Assembly: GCF_009914755.1 (NCBI RefSeq)
Contig: NC_060930.1
Source: the human T2T-CHM13v2.0 reference genome, Homo sapiens
Length of the DNA stretch: 64,000 nucleotides
Reading direction: 5' to 3' (one strand)
Part shown: piece by piece, positions 58,441-64,000 of the stretch
Layout of the letters: every line of letters starts with the position of its first letter
Position numbering within the stretch: position 1 is the first letter of the stretch
Translations under genes and position numbers: made by a program
The notes under the pieces: model-generated
The model's database searches: none
What the model saw: only the letters and a program-made list of their open reading frames with translations
Told to the model about the DNA's origin: nothing

Positions 58441-61261
58441 AAAAAGTCCTGGGGTTTTTTTGTGTGTTTTTTTTTTCCTTTTTTTAAATATAAGAGTGAC
58501 AAGCTTTGTATTTTGTTTTCCTCTCTTTTTTTTTTTTGACCTAAGGAAGTGCATGACAATTTCTATCATCCCCATCCCCACCCCACAGTGCAGATGGCCC
58601 CAAGTCTGGGGCTGGACATCCCTGGGTGCCACCTCCTTCTCCACTCCTCCTCCAGCAATGGGGAAGCTGGAGGCTCTGCATGTAGACCTCAGGTTCTTCA
58701 AGTGTCAGCTGAATATCTGAGTCCTTATCTTCCTAATTATACCTGGGACTCTTAAACTTCTCACCACTCCTAATGACTTCCATGCAGCCTTGTAAAATAA
58801 TAGGTTCCACCTATTAACCAGCTGCAATGCACAGTAGCCTCACACCCATCCTGAGGTAGTTTGTCTGGCAACCTCAACTGTACCAAAAGAGAGCTGAGAA
58901 TAAGAAGATTCCCAAATGTATAAAGTCAATATTACTAAATTAATGCACTAAACAGCATTGTGATGTACTCAGTTATTCAACCCTTTACTTGAAGGCTGAG
59001 TAAAACTTATGTGAAACATAATTTGAACAAGCCTGATATTTTCCATTTTCCGCTCATTCAGGAGGATTAGAAGTGACAGTTGAAAGTGAGGGAAAGACCC
59101 ACTCCCAGTGAGCAGGCCGGCGAATTCAGAAGGCACAGCACCTGCAGCCGCTGAGGACAGAGACAAAGGTCTCAGTACCTCCCTTTGACCCTGGGGACAT
59201 TTCTCCCCAGTAGACCAAAAGTTTTCATTGTTCCAATGAAATAACCATTTCAATAGTCATCATGTAAAGGCTACACATATTTGGTTCTCTGTTTAGTTAA
59301 TAAGGGAGGAACTTGTGCAATACTGCTCAGAAAAACAAATAATAAAATGATTACAATGAAAACATGTTCGTGCATTGTGGGGTACATGGCAGTTGTCTGG
59401 AAATGTTATTTTCAATGAACAAAACATATTTGTTTGTAAATGACACTATATGAGGTGATGTAGCCAAAATGGTCTTTCCAGCTAGCTACTTAGGATAACC
59501 AAAGGCAATTCTAAACCTTTCCATTTCTGCAATATCAACTTCCCTCCATGGATAACAAAGTGTTTAGAGACGGCTCCTTTTTAAACCTTTTGGACACTAA
59601 GGGTGAGTGACACTCAGTGAGGTTGGGACTTACAGGTCTCTCCCGAGACCTGAAAGAAGACATCCATTTCTTCCCTGCCCTTCGGGACTGCATTAGGAAT
59701 GAATCAGTTAGCTGTCCAGTAACGATTCTTAAATCAAGGTATATATATTCTTAAATCAAGGGTATATGACGAATGAATCCTGTATGCATTAGCAAACAGG
59801 GAAGTGAGACAGCCAGCTATTTCTCATGGGAATTCCTGTGCAGATTGTTGCAATGAGTCCCGTTGTGTAAAAAATATATGGTTAGTCACAGTTCTTGCTG
59901 GTGTGCAAATTTGTAGGGCTAACACATTTCCAGGGGCAGAGAGCAAGACTGCAGGAATGTCTGTGATATGAATGCAACGCTCCTGGCATGCACAACCTCA
60001 GCAGTCTGCAAATTGAGGTGGATGCTTTACTTTGCCCTATTTGCCATTCACCTGCTTTGCTAACCTCCCAGCCAGCTGGCATTTCCACAGCCTCCCTGTT
60101 GTCAACTGGAACTGGGGATGTGTTTGGCTTATAACCGATTGTAACTAATTATTAACTCTGCAGGGTAGATTATGGTTTTATGTTAATAGCATTGCAGGAG
60201 GCTTTGAGATACCGCAGCTTGATAGGACCTTCTGAGGCTGTTCTGTAGGCTCCCAGGAATGCAAGACCTGCACAGTGGCCCCAGACTGGTACTGACGCGA
60301 TTTCCTGAGGAGGAAAGACCTTTGCAATGGAGGGCAGGGAGGGCACCCTGCCCTCAGTCTGGCTCCTGATCTAACACCAGGAACCTCAAGTAGCCAAAAT
60401 CCTTTAGGAGACAAGGTTCAGGTTTCACACAGGCTGTCCTGTTTAGAGCAAATAAACAGCCCATTCGTGTATATTTTGGACCAGGTCTCTGGACTGCCCG
60501 GGGGCACCTTGCCACCTGTTGTGCAACCTGCTTGTTGTGGAGAATTAGGGAAGAACAATTCTAGAAAGGGGTCCCAAGTCAGTTAGCTGAGACGGGGTAT
60601 TGAGAGTCCTTTTGGGATGCACTTCACATGGATTCTGGGAGGTAGGCAGGAGGTTGGGGATAGAAGGTAGGGAGAGATGTGGACAAGAGGACCTAAAGTA
60701 AGACAGCTGCCTGCTGTTTGCCCTTGAGCAGCGAATATTCCAGCAGAGGGGACAGTACCCAGGCCCATGGCACCTCTCTAGAGGTCTAAGGGACATGCTT
60801 CATCCTTAACTGTTGCCATCAGAAACAGCTTGAGTGAGGCAAGCAGGATTGAACTCTTTCCTAGGAAGCTTGATGCCCTTGAGTGCACATGCCATTTGGG
60901 GTATACAGCAAAGATCACTGTCTAGGAATTTTCAACTTGTTCAAAATTTCTATGCATCGCATGTTAATTAATATGAAAGGCACCAGGCTGGTGGTAAGCA
61001 TTATTGTGAAACTGGTGCACCTTTCAATAGCCTCGGCGCCATGTCTTGTCCATCCGTCTACCCTCCTGGCCACCTCTCCATCCCCTCTCTCTGTTGCTCA
61101 GGGTTGCTTCTTCATCTCTTCCAGTAATCCCTCACCTCCAACCAGAGCAAAGCCTGCCCACAAGAAAAAAGCCTAAGCTAAATCCACTCGCACTAATAAG
61201 GCCAGTATGTTATCCCTTCCAATAACGTGGGCATGATGATTATATTCATCAAGGGAAAAAT

Positions 61262-61545
61262 GTTTTTTGTTGTTGTTTGAGACAGGGTCTCACTCTATTA
61301 CCCAGACTGGAGTCCAGTGGTGCCATCACGGCTCCTGCAGCTTTCACCTCCCAGGCCCAAATGATCCTCCTGCCTCAGCCTCCAGAGTAGCTGGGACCAT
61401 GCCCAGCTACTTTTTAAATTTATTATATAGAGACTGGATTCCACTATGTTGCCCAGGCCGATCTCCAACTCCTGGACTCAAGCAATCCTTCTGCCTCAGC
61501 TTCCCAAAGTGCTGGGATCGCATGAGTGAGTCAGCACTCCCAGCT
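61262..61545 (-). mobile_element. AluJ (diverged)
   Basis: Antisense Alu with small deletions. Confidence 0.9.
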
Positions 61546-61962
61546 GGAAAGCAGTTTTAAGTCAATGTTATGAGGGAAGTGAAACAAACAACGATTGAGC
61601 ACCTGTTATGTCCCAGGTATTATGCTGAGCACATGATCCAATTTAACCTTCAAAATCAACTCTACAAGGAGGCAGTTTTATATTCATCTTACCGAGGAGG
61701 AAAATGAGAGTAACCTCTCTCAAGGTATATGATGGCTTCAGCCTGAAATGGCTTCTGGAGTGGACAGTAGGTCCTAGGGGTCACCAGAATCTAGGATTAT
61801 ATGGAGGTATCTCAAAGCTAGTACCAGGAAACAGAGCATGCTGAGCAAGTAAGACTTAATAAAGAACCCAGGCATTTCCCCTCAGCTTCGGCCAGAACAG
61901 GGCTGCTTGTATGCATTTTCAACATTGGATTCCAGGAAAGCTTCTGTATTAAGAGTTCAATT

Positions 61963-62085
61963 TGGCCAGGCATGATGTCTCATGCCTGTAATCCCAGCAC
62001 TTTGGGAGGCTGAGGTGGTGGGATTGCTTTAGCCCAGGAGTTTGAGACGAGCCTGGACAACATTGGGAAACCCCCCTCTCTATTA
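61963..62085 (+). mobile_element. Alu monomer (FLAM/AluJ left arm) followed by (ATT)n/(ATC)n
   Basis: Left-arm sequence only. Confidence 0.88.
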
Positions 62086-62379
62086 TTATTATTGTTATCA
62101 TCATCATTATTATTATTATTTTCAAGTTCAGCTTAAGAAAACATTTTGTTTCAAAATAACTTCCTTGGCAAGTGGGATCTTTGGAAGGGATTTAAGCAGG
62201 GTGTAACACGTCATATTCACTTTTTGAAATATTGCCCAGAGACTGCATAGAAAATAGATTGAGCCTAGAAACAATTCTCCAGAGGAGAGTCATAGAGGAC
62301 CTGAACTAGGCAGTAGCAGAGGGATGGAGACAAGAAGACCGCTGTGAGACATGCCAGGGAAGACGGCCTTCTAGACCCT

Positions 62380-62540
62380 AGTGACTCTAAGCATGGTCTC
62401 TGGGCCAACAGCCTCAGCATCTCTCGGGAGATTGTGAGAAATGCGAATTCTCAGGCCCCAACCCAGATCTACTGAATAAAAATCTGCTTGGAAAAGATCG
62501 CCAAGGGATCCATATGCTCCTTAAACTTCAGAAGCACTGC
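62380..62540. mobile_element. MER5A-like hAT fragment
   Basis: gtgagaaatgcgaattctcaggccccaacccagatctactgaataaaaatctg..agaagcactg. Confidence 0.75.
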
Positions 62541-62791
62541 TTTCAGACCACTTGCCTGGGAGAGGGATGGAGGAAGGAATGGACGATGACTCTGAGCCTG
62601 TGTTCAAGCATTATAAAATGGGTGAGACCTTCTAGAACAACATGGATGAGACCTTTCTTTGAGAAGAGTGCTTTCCCTTCAACAGGTCAGTGGGTATGGC
62701 GAGGGCATTCTGGTGCCATGACCTCTCCCTAAACAGCTGACAATCACCGCATAGTTTGTTGTTAAAGTGCCATTTGCTTTCTCTTATTATA

Positions 62792-63335
62792 CAGCAGGTC
62801 TTCAAATAATGTTACAATGTTGATGAGGAAAAAAAAAATGGATTCCTGGCCAAGGCCACTATCTGTGTGGAGTTTGCAAGCTCTCCCCACATCTGTGTGG
62901 GTTTTCTCCAGGTGATCCAGTTTCCTCCCACTTCCCAAATCTGTGCCTGTTAGGTAAATTGGCATGTCCACACTGCCCCGGTGTGAGGGAGTGTGGGCGT
63001 GTGTGTGAGGTGTGAGTGTGCCCTGTGATGGGATGGCACCTTATCCAGGTCTGGTTCCTGCCTTTTGCCATGAGCTGCTGGGACAGGGCCCAGCCACCTG
63101 CAACCCTGAACTGGAAGAAGCAAGTAAATAATTATCTTACTTAATTTTATCACTCTTTCTTAAATGTATGTGTAGCCCACACTTATTTCTATGTTTAATA
63201 TAAAAAGTGTTTTGCTCTAAACATAACTCTGTTTTATATCAATTAGCCTAAGTTCAAATTGGTTTCATTGTACCTTCTATGTCATTTCACTTAGTCACAG
63301 TTCCCGAGAACCCATCATTAAGGAGGGACTTACTG
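62792..63335 (+). mobile_element. MER6A TcMar MITE
   Basis: TA|cagcaggtct...gacttactg|TA termini. Internal tgtgtggagtttgca..gtgggttttctcc..tttcctccca. Confidence 0.9.
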
Positions 63336-63427
63336 TACTCTCCTTTTCTCTGTTGGTGTGGATTTCTTCAAGGATCCAGGATCACCTTCCCCACTTTTGG
63401 CTATCCTAATGAACTGGCCCACTGTAA

Positions 63428-63758
<331 letters not shown>

Positions 63759-63924
63759 TGCCTGGGCTATTCTTAACTTTCTTTTTCTCTCCCCCAACAC
63801 TTTCTTGTCTAATATTTTATTCTTTGTGGGTTTGCTAATTTAAGCTAAAATACTGGTGGCTAATAAGGCTCATATATTTCATCTCTTCAAATAAAGATTT
63901 TAGTATTAAAAGAGACTGTTCCTG

Positions 63925-64000
63925 GGCCAGGCGCAGTGGCCCATGCCTGTAATCCTAGCACTTTGGGAGGCCAAGGCAGGAGGATCATTGGAGGTCAGGA
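63925..64000 (+). mobile_element. Alu 5' end (runs off the window)
   Basis: ggccaggcgcagtggcccatgcctgtaatcc. Confidence 0.9.

Noticed and set aside
59725-59767. 22-nt tandem duplication attcttaaatcaagg(g)tatat; similar short duplications at 1895-1929, 14257-14281 and 24666-24717
   Set aside because: Ordinary slippage duplications with no further structure.

Overview
This is human (primate) genomic DNA containing the complete endothelin-1 gene (EDN1, + strand). It has a TATA promoter at ~6550-6745, five exons spliced to a 639-nt CDS (212-aa preproendothelin-1, ATG 7013 to TGA 12453), and an AU-rich 3'UTR ending near 13580. About 6.7 kb of upstream flank and about 50 kb of repeat-rich downstream intergenic sequence surround it. 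The downstream region holds many Alus, L1/L2/MIR relics, a decayed ERV1 provirus with nested insertions, solo LTRs, DNA transposons and a SUMO2 processed pseudogene. The ORF track is almost entirely spurious (Alu- or microsatellite-derived). The most notable unexplained observations are: (1) a 37-nt sequence present at 36/37 identity both ~750 bp upstream of the EDN1 TSS and at the start of intron 3, next to a perfect 13-bp inverted repeat upstream; (2) a candidate upstream first exon whose donor (4879/4880) could splice to an acceptor 1 nt before the EDN1 ATG; (3) a SUMO2 retrocopy that appears to record an exon-2-skipped mRNA; (4) tandem quasi-palindromes replacing the end of a Tigger4 element. 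Repeat subfamily names and SUMO2 exon boundaries come from recalled consensus sequences and were not computed.
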